A DNA stretch of 64,000 bases from an uncultured Chloroflexia bacterium (GCA_963720755.1 CAVRGP010000002.1:320001-384000), one strand, 5' to 3'. Numbered from the stretch's first letter, positions 21,866-31,291 are shown. Program-made: numbers and translations. The notes: generated by a model from the sequence alone, not told the origin.

Positions 21866-22382
21866 ATGTCCGTCACCGACGAACTCCTGACCAACGCCGA
21901 GCAGTACGCCGCATCCTTCGACAAGGGCGATCTGCCGTTGCCGCCCGCCAAGCACATCGCCGTGGTGGCCTGCATGGATGCCCGGCTCAACGTCTACGGA
22001 CTGCTGGGCCTGAGCGAGGGCGACGCCCATGTGATCCGCAACGCCGGCGGCATCGTCACGCAGGACGAGCTCCGCTCGCTGGCCATCAGCCAGCGGCTGC
22101 TGGGAACCACCGAGATCGTGCTGATCCACCACACCGACTGCGGCATGCTGACCTTCACCGATGACGCCTTCCGGACCTCGATCGAGTCCGAGACCGGAGT
22201 CAAGCCGACCTGGGCCGCAGAGGCGTTCACCGACCTGGATGCCGACGTGCTGCCAGAAATCGGCCGGATCCAGGCGGAGACCGCCATCCCCGTCAAGGAT
22301 TCCATCCGTGGATTCGTCTACGACGTCGCGACCGGCGTCGCTGCGAGAGGTGAAGTGCAAGATGCCCTGTCCAAGGTCCTGA
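21866..22382 (+). CDS. Beta-class carbonic anhydrase (Rv1284/CanA-like), 3' end disturbed by an indel near 22337
   Basis: CMDAR, RNAGG and HHTDCG Zn ligands. The expected ending VYDVATG-SLREV continues in another frame. Confidence 0.9.
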
Positions 22383-22861
22383 CGTTCCCGAACCCGGTCA
22401 ACGAGTACGCGGCGCGTTCGGTGGCTGCGATGGTGGTGGTGTTGTCCGCCGCGACCGTGGTGTTTCAGACGCCCTGGCTGCTCTGGCCGCTGGCTCTCGG
22501 GTTTCTCGCGAGAGTGGCGTCAGGACCACGGTTCTCGCCGTTCGGGCTGCTGGCGACGAAGGTGATCGCCCCTCGCCTGGGGCCGCCGAAGCTGGTCCCG
22601 GGCCCGCCGAAGCGGTTCGCCCAGGCCATCGGGGCAACGTTGTCGGTGGCCGCGCTGGTGGCGTTCTACCTGGGTGCGCCGACGGTGTCCTGGGTGCTGG
22701 TCGCCCTGATCACCGTCGCCGCGCTCGCTGAATCGGCGCTCGGATTCTGCCTGGGCTGCGCCATCTTCGGCCGGCTGCAGGCGATCGGCGTCATCCCGGC
22801 GTCGGTGTGCGAGGCCTGCAACGACATCCGGCTGCGACCCAGGGCCGCCAGTTCCGTGTGA
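22367..22861 (+). CDS. DUF4395 family membrane protein (start uncertain)
   Basis: FPNPVNEYAAR, PPKRFAQAIG and GFCLGC motifs. Confidence 0.8.
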   Translation: MSKVLTFPNPVNEYAARSVAAMVVVLSAATVVFQTPWLLWPLALGFLARVASGPRFSPFGLLATKVIAPRLGPPKLVPGPPKRFAQAIGATLSVAALVAFYLGAPTVSWVLVALITVAALAESALGFCLGCAIFGRLQAIGVIPASVCEACNDIRLRPRAASSV

Positions 22862-22944
22862 CCGCGACAGGTGCCGGACGGCGGGCCGGCCCGGCGGACT
22901 GCGCTGCGGGCGAACGCAGTCGGTGGCGGGTGGGGGTGGAACGG

Positions 22945-23631
22945 TCAAAGCCCCCACACCTGCAGAAGCGGCCCGGCGTCCTGCAGGGAGTCAAGGAGCA
23001 CCTCCGCGCCGAGCGGGGCCATCGACTCCACCGAATGCCGACCGGTGCCCACCAGTGCGCAGGGCAGTCCCAACGCGCGGGCGCAGCGAAAGTCCCGCGG
23101 GGTGTCGCCCACGATCCAGCAGTCCCGCAACGCGAACCCGCCGCCTGCCGCGGCCAGCCGATCCAGCGCGAGCTGCGCCACGGCCACCCGATCCCGGCCA
23201 CCGTCACCGAACCCGCCGAGGTCGGGGACGATCGGCGGGGCGAGCCCGGACGCGGCGAGCTTGATCCGTCCCACGACGTCGATGTTGCCGGTGACAACGG
23301 TTTGTCGTACTCCCGCGTCGCCGAGCAGCGCGACCAGCGACCGCACCCCGGGGAGCACCGCCACCTGCTGGTGAAAGTCGTCGACCCGCTCGGCCGCGAT
23401 CTCCCGGAGCCTGGCCAGCACCGGTGACACCAGATCCTTGTCCGCGCCGATGGAGGCCAGCAGCGCGGCTGCGATCTCGGGGTCGATCCGGCCACCCAGG
23501 TCAAGCCCGCGGCCTTCCGGCCGGACTGCCGTGACCTGTTCGACGGCGTCCAGGAACGCCGTGTACGCAACGGTTCCGGACGTCAGCAGGGTGCCGTCGA
23601 TATCCCACAGCACCGCCGCGACCCGGCTCAC
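22945..23631 (-). CDS. HAD family hydrolase/phosphatase
   Basis: WDIDGTLL, VTGN and VGDTPRD motifs. GTG start overlaps the larC stop (GTGA). Confidence 0.88.
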   Translation of the reverse strand: MSRVAAVLWDIDGTLLTSGTVAYTAFLDAVEQVTAVRPEGRGLDLGGRIDPEIAAALLASIGADKDLVSPVLARLREIAAERVDDFHQQVAVLPGVRSLVALLGDAGVRQTVVTGNIDVVGRIKLAASGLAPPIVPDLGGFGDGGRDRVAVAQLALDRLAAAGGGFALRDCWIVGDTPRDFRCARALGLPCALVGTGRHSVESMAPLGAEVLLDSLQDAGPLLQVWGL

Positions 23632-24873
23632 CGGTCCGCCCGAAGCCCGGACGGCAGCCGAGCGCCCGGTGTCAAACCTGCGGCACCCGCTGCAGCAACC
23701 GCGGCGGTCAGCACTTCCCGCGGCGGGCGGCCACCGGTCAGTGCCAGCGCAGCGATGTCATCGAACTCCGGGGTGGCCTGCACGATGAAGCCGCCCCGGT
23801 GGGCGATCTTGATCGGCACGGAGCCGGCATCGATGGCCACGTCGACCCATCCGCGGGGGAGGGCGTACTTGCTGCACCGGGTGCTCGCGCAGCCCGATGG
23901 TGCTGGTCCAGTCGAAGATCACCGCGCGCAGCGCGGCGGCCGACTCCGGGGCGCAGAGCACGCACACGGTGTGTGCGGGCCGGCCCTTCTTCATCAGGAT
24001 CGGCACCAGCCAGGCGTCGTCGGCTCCCACCCGGAGCAGCCGGTCCAGCACCCCCGGCCAGAGCCGCGGGTCGAGGTCATCGACGTTGGCCTCCAGTACC
24101 ACCGCCGCGGTCCCTGTCGGCGGCGGTGTCCGGTCCGAGTGAGCCGGGGTGGTGGAGCCGAGCACCACCCGGGTGACGTTCGGCCGTCCCGGGACATCCT
24201 TGGAGCCGGCGCCGACCCCGACCGCCCGCACAGTCAGTTCGGGCAGTTCCTCGCAGGCGTCGCACAGGGCCGCGACCATTGCCATCCCGGTAGGAGTGGT
24301 GAGCTCGCCGTCGCCGCCGGCGAACACCGTCCATCCGACCGCGAGCTGCGCGACAGCGGGGACCGGGACGGGGATCTCGCCGTGGTCGGCCCGAACCCGG
24401 CCGGACCCCACTGCCACCGCGCCAGCGGACATCGTGCCGACCCCGAGGTCGGCCAGCGCTGCGCACACCCCGACGATGTCCGCGATCGAGTCCAGTGCGC
24501 CGACCTCGTGGAAGTGCACGTCGGCCGCGGGGATGCCGTGTACGGTGCCCTCTGCTTCGGCCAATCTCGAGAAGACTTGCAGCGCGCGGGATCTGACGGA
24601 GTCCACCAAGTCGGCCTGCGTCAGCAGGTTCGCGATGCTCCGCCAGGTGCGATGTGGGGGATCCGCGGCGATCACGTCGACATCGAGCTTGGTGGCGCGT
24701 AACCCGGCCCTGGTCACGGTCGAGACCCGCAGTGCCACCGCGTCGGAGATCACCGCCCGCACCGCGTTGTCCACCGCATCGAGATCGGCTCCGGCATCCA
24801 GCAGGGCGCCCAGCAGCATGTCGCCGGCAACCCCGGCCGAGGCATCGATCCAGAGGTGGTCGGTCGCCGTCAT
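23628..24873 (-). CDS. larC: Nickel-pincer cofactor nickel insertase LarC (frameshift near 23870)
   Basis: GVAGDMLLGAL, HFHEVGALDSIADIVG, ELTTPTG, EANVDD, MKKGRP and TIGLR. The tail ..PEFDD lies in ORF 23628-23840. Confidence 0.92.
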
Positions 24874-25673
24874 CCCGGGACGTCGCGATCGGGGGCGGCG
24901 ATCTGCGCAGCCAGATGTCCGGCACCATAACCATTGTCGATGTTGACCACGGCGACCCCCGGCGCGCAGGCGTTCAACATGGCCAGCAGCGCGGCCAGCC
25001 CTTCGAAGGCGGCGCCATAACCGACCGAGGTCGGGACGGCGATCACCGGAGCAGAGACCAAACCGGCCACGACACTGGGCAACGCCCCGTCCATGCCGGC
25101 GGCAACCACCAGAACCCTTGCCGCGCGGAGGTTGTCCAGCTGACCGAGGATGCGATGCAGGCCGGCGACGCCCACGTCGACGACAATCTCGGCGGAGCGG
25201 CCGAGATACCGTGCGGTGAGCAGTGCCTCGCGGGCAACGGCCAGGTCGGAGGTGCCGGCCGCCACCACCAGCACCGACCCGCCGGTTGGCTCGGGCACCG
25301 CGGGGGGCCAGGCCAGGAAACGGGCCTCCCGGTCGTGGTAGGCGTCGGGTAGTTCGGCGAGCACGGCCGCGGCATGCTGCTCGGACGCCCGGGTGAAAAG
25401 AGTGACAACGGTGGGATGATCGCGCACGGCCGCCGCGATCGCGGCGACCTGCGCTGCGGTCTTTCCCGCGCAGTAGATGGCCTCCGGGTAGCCGCGGCGG
25501 GCGGTGCGGTCCAGGTCCAGGGTGGCGATGCCGGGAATCGCCCCGGACGATGGTGCGGCCGAGGCGGAATCGTCGGCAGCGATGGAGCCATTGGTGACGT
25601 CAGCCTTGGCGGGATCTGCAGAACCGGCGGCGCACGCACCATCGACCCGCATCCCGGTGAGTGCCTCAGCCAT
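24870..25673 (-). CDS. larB: Nickel-pincer cofactor NaAD carboxylase/hydrolase LarB
   Basis: LDLDRTARRGYPEAIYCAGK, AGTSD, DVGVAGLHR, AGMDGALPSV, PTSVGYG and VVNIDNGYGA. Confidence 0.95.
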   Translation of the reverse strand: MAEALTGMRVDGACAAGSADPAKADVTNGSIAADDSASAAPSSGAIPGIATLDLDRTARRGYPEAIYCAGKTAAQVAAIAAAVRDHPTVVTLFTRASEQHAAAVLAELPDAYHDREARFLAWPPAVPEPTGGSVLVVAAGTSDLAVAREALLTARYLGRSAEIVVDVGVAGLHRILGQLDNLRAARVLVVAAGMDGALPSVVAGLVSAPVIAVPTSVGYGAAFEGLAALLAMLNACAPGVAVVNIDNGYGAGHLAAQIAAPDRDVPG

Positions 25674-26529
25674 GCCCGACCCGGACCAGCGGCAAAGTGA
25701 AGGCGCCCGACTGGATGCCGCCGAGATCGACGGCGACGAAACGGAAACCGGCCCGCTGAACGGCGTCGCGGACGGCGCCCCGAGTGGGGTCGGTGACGGC
25801 GCGGAGCAGATCGTCGGCGGTCAGTTCCACCCGCGCCACCTCCCCGTGATGCCGCACCCGCAGATTCGAGAAGCCCAGCCGGCGCAGCGCTGATTCCGCA
25901 TCATCGATCTGTCGCAGCTTTTCCGGGCTGACGCTCTGATGATGCGGAATCCGCGATGCCAGGCACGGGGCGGCGGGCTTGTCCGCGCAGGGCAACTGCA
26001 GCAACCGCGCGATCCGCCGGACCGCTGACTTCTCCAGGCCCGCAGTCGCCAGCGGTCGCAACACGGAATGCTCAGCGGCGGCCCGCGACCCGGGGCGGTC
26101 CGGACGCACGGCGTCGTCGGCGTTCTCGCCGTAGGCCAGCGCGTCCAGCCGGTGGGCTGTCAGCACGTCGTCATCGATCCGGGTGAACAGTTCGTCCTTG
26201 CAGTGAAAGCACCGGTCGGGCCCGTTCGCCCGGTATGCGGCCCTTTCGGCTTCGCGGGTCTGCACCTCGACGAGCTGCACCCCGATGAACGCGGCGAGAT
26301 CGTGGGCTGCGGCGAGTTCGTCCCGGGCCAGGCTGGGGGAGACCCCCAGGATCGCGATGACCTGGTCCCTGCCGAGGACCCGGGCGGCGAGTGCCAGCAG
26401 GGTCGCGGAGTCGACCCCGCCGGAGAAGGCAACACCGAGCCGCTCGACCCCCGTGAGTTGGGAGCGCAGCGAGTCGCAGGCGACGTCCATCAGCTCGGCG
26501 TCGGCGTCGGCGTCGACGTGCGTGGTCAT
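25666..26529 (-). CDS. larE: ATP-dependent sulfur transferase LarE
   Basis: PP-loop AFSGGVDS, RCFHCK, GENADD, RPG and PCLASRIP. GGAGG RBS before ATG 26529. Confidence 0.95.
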   Translation of the reverse strand: MTTHVDADADAELMDVACDSLRSQLTGVERLGVAFSGGVDSATLLALAARVLGRDQVIAILGVSPSLARDELAAAHDLAAFIGVQLVEVQTREAERAAYRANGPDRCFHCKDELFTRIDDDVLTAHRLDALAYGENADDAVRPDRPGSRAAAEHSVLRPLATAGLEKSAVRRIARLLQLPCADKPAAPCLASRIPHHQSVSPEKLRQIDDAESALRRLGFSNLRVRHHGEVARVELTADDLLRAVTDPTRGAVRDAVQRAGFRFVAVDLGGIQSGAFTLPLVRVGHG

Positions 26530-26807
26530 CGATGTCCTCCACTGCGCTCTGTGATGCTGCGACGAGCCGACGTCAGGCAAGTGTGCACTGCGTGCGGTCG
26601 GGTCATCCGGTGGGGCATTGCCCCGTTGCTCCTGCGGCCAGTGCAGTCCACGCCGAGAGCCTTGGCAAGCGGTTGCCGAATGTTGCCGACCACCCGGCCA
26701 GGGAGCTGTGAAAGCGGCGGCGGTTCGCCAGCAGTCGGGAGTTGGCCGTCACCACATCACCCGCGCGTGGAGTCGGCGCGCGCGGTCGACCGCGATCTGG
26801 CGGGACG

Positions 26808-26837
26808 CTTGACAGATGTATTTGTCAAGGCCAGAGT
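26808..26837 (+). promoter_or_regulatory. Inverted-repeat operator overlapping a housekeeping-sigma-type promoter (leaderless transcript)
   Basis: CTTGACAGAT-GT-ATTTGTCAAG. TTGACA (26809) N17 CAGAGT (26832), then ATG 7 nt downstream. Confidence 0.7.
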
Positions 26838-26844
26838 GAACCGC

Positions 26845-27486
26845 ATGGACCAGGTCGAAGTCATCTCCGACGGCGTTGCCGCGTTGGCTGCGCTGGACCC
26901 GATCCGGGCCCGGCTCCTGGCCGAACTCCGTCTTCCCGCGTCCGCCACCGAGCTGGCGCGCCGCGTCGGGTTGACCCGACAGCGGGTGAACTATCACCTG
27001 CGCAAGCTGGAGGATCAGGGTCTGGTGGTGGCGGCCGAGACCCGGCAGTGGGGCGGGTTGACCGAGCGCCGGCTCGTCGCGTCCGCCGCCGGTTACCTGC
27101 TCTCACCAGCCGCACTGGGCGTGGCCGCCGCCGATCCCGGACCGGTTGGGGACCCTCGGTCCGCCGGCTACCTCACCGCCCTCGCCGGCCGGGTGATCCG
27201 CGAGATCGGCGGCATGCTGGCCGTTTCCGTTGCCGGTGCTGCTCGGGAGCCGGTCCCGGTGCTCGCGCTGGATGCCGAGGTGAAGTTCCGCTCAGCCGCC
27301 GACCGGGCGGCCTTCGCCGACGAGCTTGCGGCCGGCGTCATCGGCCTGATCGCCCGCTATCACGACCAGGACGCACCGCAGGGCCGCTGGCACCGGGTGC
27401 TGGTCGGCGTCCACCCTGTCCCCGCCGACGTCCCCGTCGGACCACCGACCATGCCCGCCGCACAACCTGCCGAGGAGAGCCCATGA
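26845..27486 (+). CDS. ArsR-like helix-turn-helix regulator
   Basis: LDPIRARLLAEL..SATELARRVGLTRQRVNYHLRKLE..GLV. Confidence 0.85.
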   Translation: MDQVEVISDGVAALAALDPIRARLLAELRLPASATELARRVGLTRQRVNYHLRKLEDQGLVVAAETRQWGGLTERRLVASAAGYLLSPAALGVAAADPGPVGDPRSAGYLTALAGRVIREIGGMLAVSVAGAAREPVPVLALDAEVKFRSAADRAAFADELAAGVIGLIARYHDQDAPQGRWHRVLVGVHPVPADVPVGPPTMPAAQPAEESP

Positions 27487-28310
27487 GTCACTACAACCCC
27501 GACGACCCGACCGCCCGGGTCAGCGCCCACGAGGTGCAGGTGCCCGGATCGCCGGAGCAGGTGTGGCGGGCCATCGCGACGGGCCCCGGGATCGCCACCT
27601 GGTTCGTCCCGGCGCAGGTGCAGGAACACCCGGGCGGTCGCATCGTCACCGACCACGATCCCTACGGCACCTCGGAGGGCGTCGTCACCGACTGGGAACC
27701 TCCGGTCAGGTTCGGCTACGAAGAGCCCCATTGGGATCCGACCCGACCGGACGCCCCGACCTGGGCCACCGAAGTGTTGGTGGAAGCGACGGATGGCGGC
27801 ACCTGCATCGTGCGTCTGGTCAGCGGTTTCTTCTCCGGCGGTGACGGCTGGGAGGACAACCTGAAGGGGACCGCCGAGGGCTGGACCGCGGCCCTGCGCA
27901 ACCTGCGACTCTCGCTTACCCACTTCCCGGGGCTGGCGGCCGCAATGATGGGCGTGCACGGCAAAGTCACCGATCGGAGTCCCGACGAGGTCGGCACGCA
28001 GTTGTTGACCGGGCTTGGCCTTGCCGACGTCAGCGTCGGCGAGCAGGTCCGGCTCGCCGTCGGCCCCTCCGCCGTGACAGGCACCGTGGTGGACACTGCG
28101 GGACGGTCCGTGACCGTGCTGACCCAGCAGCCGCATCCGGGAATCCTGGAGATGGGCGTCTTCGATCACGGCGGGGCCGCCGTGGTGATCCGCTGGTACC
28201 TCTACGGCCCGGGCGCGGACGACGTGGCGGCCGCCCGGTCGGGACCGTGGAGCGAGTGGATCCGGCAACACATCCCCCGCGTCCGGGTGCTGGAACATCA
28301 ACGGCAGTAA
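27483..28310 (+). CDS. SRPBCC (AHSA1/START-like) domain protein
   Basis: VPGSPEQVWRAIATGPGIATWF and VTDWEPPVRF. ATGA overlap with the regulator. Confidence 0.85.
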   Translation: MSHYNPDDPTARVSAHEVQVPGSPEQVWRAIATGPGIATWFVPAQVQEHPGGRIVTDHDPYGTSEGVVTDWEPPVRFGYEEPHWDPTRPDAPTWATEVLVEATDGGTCIVRLVSGFFSGGDGWEDNLKGTAEGWTAALRNLRLSLTHFPGLAAAMMGVHGKVTDRSPDEVGTQLLTGLGLADVSVGEQVRLAVGPSAVTGTVVDTAGRSVTVLTQQPHPGILEMGVFDHGGAAVVIRWYLYGPGADDVAAARSGPWSEWIRQHIPRVRVLEHQRQ

Positions 28311-28382
28311 TGGGTTTCGCTGAGCCCGTTTCGCTGGTCCGACCCGGAATGGTGTTGCCCTGAGGCAACACCAGGCAACCGA

Positions 28383-29138
28383 TTGCCGCCGCCCCCGTGT
28401 CCGGCCACCGAGTTCAAGAGCGCCGGGCACGACCTGGTGACCGCCGCCGACAAGGCGTCAGAGCGGGCGATCCTCACGGTGCTCCGCGGCGCCCGGCCGG
28501 ACGATTCCATCGTCGGCGAGGAGGGTGGATCGCACGAGGGCACGTCATCGGTGCGCTGGCTGGTGGACCCGCTGGACGGCACCGCCAACTTCGTCTACGG
28601 CCGGGCCGACTACGCGGTGTCGGTCGGCGCCACCAGCAATGGTCGGCCGGTGGCGGGCGCCATCATCCGCCCCGCGGATGGGCAGTGGCTCGCCGGTGGG
28701 ATGGGTGGGTTCCACGGCACTGCAGATGATGACTGGGCCGGCGTTCGCGCCGGCATGCCGTCGACGACCGCGGAACGCATCGCGGTGCTGCCCGCCCGGG
28801 TCGGCGGCCTGGCCGAGGCGTTGGTCGCCGTCGGACTGCCTTACTCGCTGCCTGAACGTCAGCGGGTCATGGGGTTGGTCGCAAGCCTGATGCCGCAGGT
28901 CCGTGGGGCGCGGGTGATGGGGTCCGCGGCCGGGGATCTGGCCGCCGTCACCCTGGGGCAGTGCGACGCCTTCCTCGGCTTCGGCCTTGCCGAGTGGGAC
29001 ACCGCCGCCGGGCACGCGCTGGTGCTGGCCGCGGGCGGCACCGTGCGTGTGGTGCACCCACTGAACGCCGCCGAGGTGTTGGTCGCCGGCGGATCGGCGG
29101 ACGTCGTCGATGCCCTCGCCGGGCTCATCGACCGCTGA
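28383..29138 (+). CDS. Inositol monophosphatase family protein, N-terminus apparently truncated
   Basis: DLVTAAD, GEE, WLVDPLDGTANF, GSAA and EWDTAAG motifs. First helix and a clear start/RBS are missing. Confidence 0.75.
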   Translation: MPPPPCPATEFKSAGHDLVTAADKASERAILTVLRGARPDDSIVGEEGGSHEGTSSVRWLVDPLDGTANFVYGRADYAVSVGATSNGRPVAGAIIRPADGQWLAGGMGGFHGTADDDWAGVRAGMPSTTAERIAVLPARVGGLAEALVAVGLPYSLPERQRVMGLVASLMPQVRGARVMGSAAGDLAAVTLGQCDAFLGFGLAEWDTAAGHALVLAAGGTVRVVHPLNAAEVLVAGGSADVVDALAGLIDR

Positions 29139-29304
29139 TGCGTGCCCACAACCGCCCGCGCCGGACCGGCGGCCCTTCATGGGGCGTTTGACGGTGCTGC
29201 GCGCGGCACCGTCGATCGGGCCGAACAGGGTCCGCATCCGCCGAACAGGGCGTCGAGTCGCTGAGGGATTGTTCGGAGACCCATTCCCAGCAACAGGGTG
29301 CTGG

Positions 29305-30282
29305 TCAGCGGCGCAGCAGGTCGGTCGAGACCGCCCACAGGCGCGTCGCCAGCCCTGGATCGATTGCCCATTGCTTGACGCCATGGGGGTGCTGCGCGAG
29401 GTCCGCGTCGTTCGGCACGGTGTAAGCCTCTCGCGCGTCGTCGAGATAGTGGCCGCCGGAATGGGCGAACTCCGGGGCGACTGCGGCGACGATGCTGGTG
29501 GCGGCCCCCTGCTGGACCGTTTTGTAGGTGAAAACTCCAGCGGCCTCGGCCGCGTCGAGCGACTCCCGCTGACTGGCGGTGAAGTGTCGCTGCAATCCGG
29601 TGGCGACACCGCCGGGGTTGACCGCGTTCGCCACGATGCCGTCGGACGCCCAGCGACGGGTCGCCTCGACCGCGAAGAGCGAGTTCGCCGTCTTCGACTG
29701 GGCGTAGGCAATCTGGGGGTCGTAGTGTCGACGGTCGAAGTGGATGTCGTCGAAGTCGATGCCGGCTCGCATGTGCGCCGTCGAACTGACGGACACAATC
29801 CGGGCTCCGTCGTGTTCCGACGCGCCCCTGGCCAGGGCGTCGTGCAGTCCGGTGGTGAGGGCGAAGTGCCCGAGATGGTTGGTGGCGAACTGCAATTCCC
29901 ACCCTTCTGCGGTTCGTTCCAGGCCGGCGGTGACCAGTCCGGCATTGTTGATCAACAGGTGCAGCGGGCCGCCCCAGTCCTCGACGAATCGCGTAACGCT
30001 GTTCCTGTCGGCAAGGTCGAGTCGGGCAACCCGGGGTCGAATTGCCCCGGTTGACTTTTCGATTTCCGCGGAGGCGGACTCACCCGCGGCCGGGTTCCGC
30101 ACAGCAAGGGTCACCTCGGCGCAGGCGGCGGTCAACGCACGGGCGGTTTCGATCCCGATGCCAGAGGAGCTGCCCGTCACGATTGCCCGGAGGCCGGTGA
30201 GGCTGACGCCGGCAAGCACGTCATCCGCTGTGCTGGCGGCGGTGAAGGCCGTTGAAGTGGGTGGGGAGAGGCTCATGTCCAT
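29305..30282 (-). CDS. Short-chain dehydrogenase/reductase (retinol-DH/WWOX-like)
   Basis: TGSSSGIG, LINNAG, QFATNHLGHF and YAQSK motifs. Confidence 0.93.
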   Translation of the reverse strand: MDMSLSPPTSTAFTAASTADDVLAGVSLTGLRAIVTGSSSGIGIETARALTAACAEVTLAVRNPAAGESASAEIEKSTGAIRPRVARLDLADRNSVTRFVEDWGGPLHLLINNAGLVTAGLERTAEGWELQFATNHLGHFALTTGLHDALARGASEHDGARIVSVSSTAHMRAGIDFDDIHFDRRHYDPQIAYAQSKTANSLFAVEATRRWASDGIVANAVNPGGVATGLQRHFTASQRESLDAAEAAGVFTYKTVQQGAATSIVAAVAPEFAHSGGHYLDDAREAYTVPNDADLAQHPHGVKQWAIDPGLATRLWAVSTDLLRR

Positions 30283-30285
30283 CGA

Positions 30286-30313
30286 CTATACGCTCAAGTC
30301 AAAATGTGTATAG
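30286..30313. promoter_or_regulatory. Candidate TetR operator between divergent SDR and TetR
   Basis: CTATAC-N16-GTATAG inverted repeat in an AT-rich 60-bp spacer. Confidence 0.5.
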
Positions 30314-30342
30314 CTAATCTACAGCCCCGTACCATTGCGTGC

Positions 30343-30915
30343 ATGAGCGAACCTGAGGTCGACCATCAGTCGTTGGATCAGCCCGCGACCGATCGCCGGA
30401 CCGCCGTTCTGGACTCCGCCCTACTCACCTTCGCGCGATTCGGATACCGGAAGACCTCGATGGAGGAAATCGCCCGGGCTGCCCACATTTCCCGTCCGGG
30501 CCTGTATTTCCTTTTCACTTCCAAGGAGCAGTTGTTCCGTGCCGCGGTCACTCAGGCCCTGGAAAGGGATATCGCCGCCGTCGAAAAAGTGCTGCGGACA
30601 ACCGACTTGCCGCTGCGGATGCGACTGCTCGAGTCGTTCGATCAATGGGCGGGTCGATATGTCGGCCCGTTGGCAACCGATGTGGAAGCGGTGATCGCGG
30701 AGAATCCGGACATCCTTGGAGCCATTGTCGAGACCGCCCCCCAACGCTTTGCAGAATTGATCACCGCAGCAATCCTCATCGGGTCGGAGCGCGCGTCGGC
30801 CCACGACGTGGCACAGACGATGATCAGCGCTTCGATCGGCATCAAGCACCAGGTCACCTCCCGCCGGGCGTACCGCGAGCGGCTGGAAGTGGCCGTGGAT
30901 CTCCTGCTGCGTTGA
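30343..30915 (+). CDS. TetR/AcrR family regulator
   Basis: FARFGYRKTSMEEIARAAHISRPGLYFLFTSKEQLF. Confidence 0.93.
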   Translation: MSEPEVDHQSLDQPATDRRTAVLDSALLTFARFGYRKTSMEEIARAAHISRPGLYFLFTSKEQLFRAAVTQALERDIAAVEKVLRTTDLPLRMRLLESFDQWAGRYVGPLATDVEAVIAENPDILGAIVETAPQRFAELITAAILIGSERASAHDVAQTMISASIGIKHQVTSRRAYRERLEVAVDLLLR

Positions 30916-31075
30916 GGCCGGCCCGACGAACGGACCGTCGATCCGACTTCTGTACCGCGTGGTGCGTTGGTGATAGGCGTACCGCTCCTTCATCAGCCAG
31001 CCCTCGCTCACCAACGCGGGAGCGTCGGCGACGGGCATCACCGGCGTGGAGGAGTGCCGGTCCTTCGGTCAGCCC

Positions 31076-31160
31076 GCGTTGGCCGAACGGTTCGACCAGG
31101 CAGCGCTCGACGGCCAGCTCCCGGCCGGCGCCGACACCACAGCCCTGGCTCGCTTCCCGC
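31076..31160 (+). pseudogene. Remnant of a TetR-family C-terminal domain
   Basis: Translates ALAERFDQAALDGQLPAGADTTALARF, with no start or HTH. Confidence 0.5.
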
Positions 31161-31291
31161 GATCAACTCCGACGTGCGGCAGATGCAGCGATACCCGCCC
31201 GGCCGGCACGTAGATCCTCACCAGCTCGGCAAACACCGCCCGATCGCGTTTCTCGCGGTCAGTGGTGGTTGCCAGGCGGTCCAGTGCGCGC

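Noticed and set aside
21848-22861. Apparent carbonic anhydrase-DUF4395 fusion ORF (337 aa)
   Set aside because: The expected CA ending (ATG-SLREV) continues in another frame after one extra base near 22337. The fusion is most likely an indel artefact.
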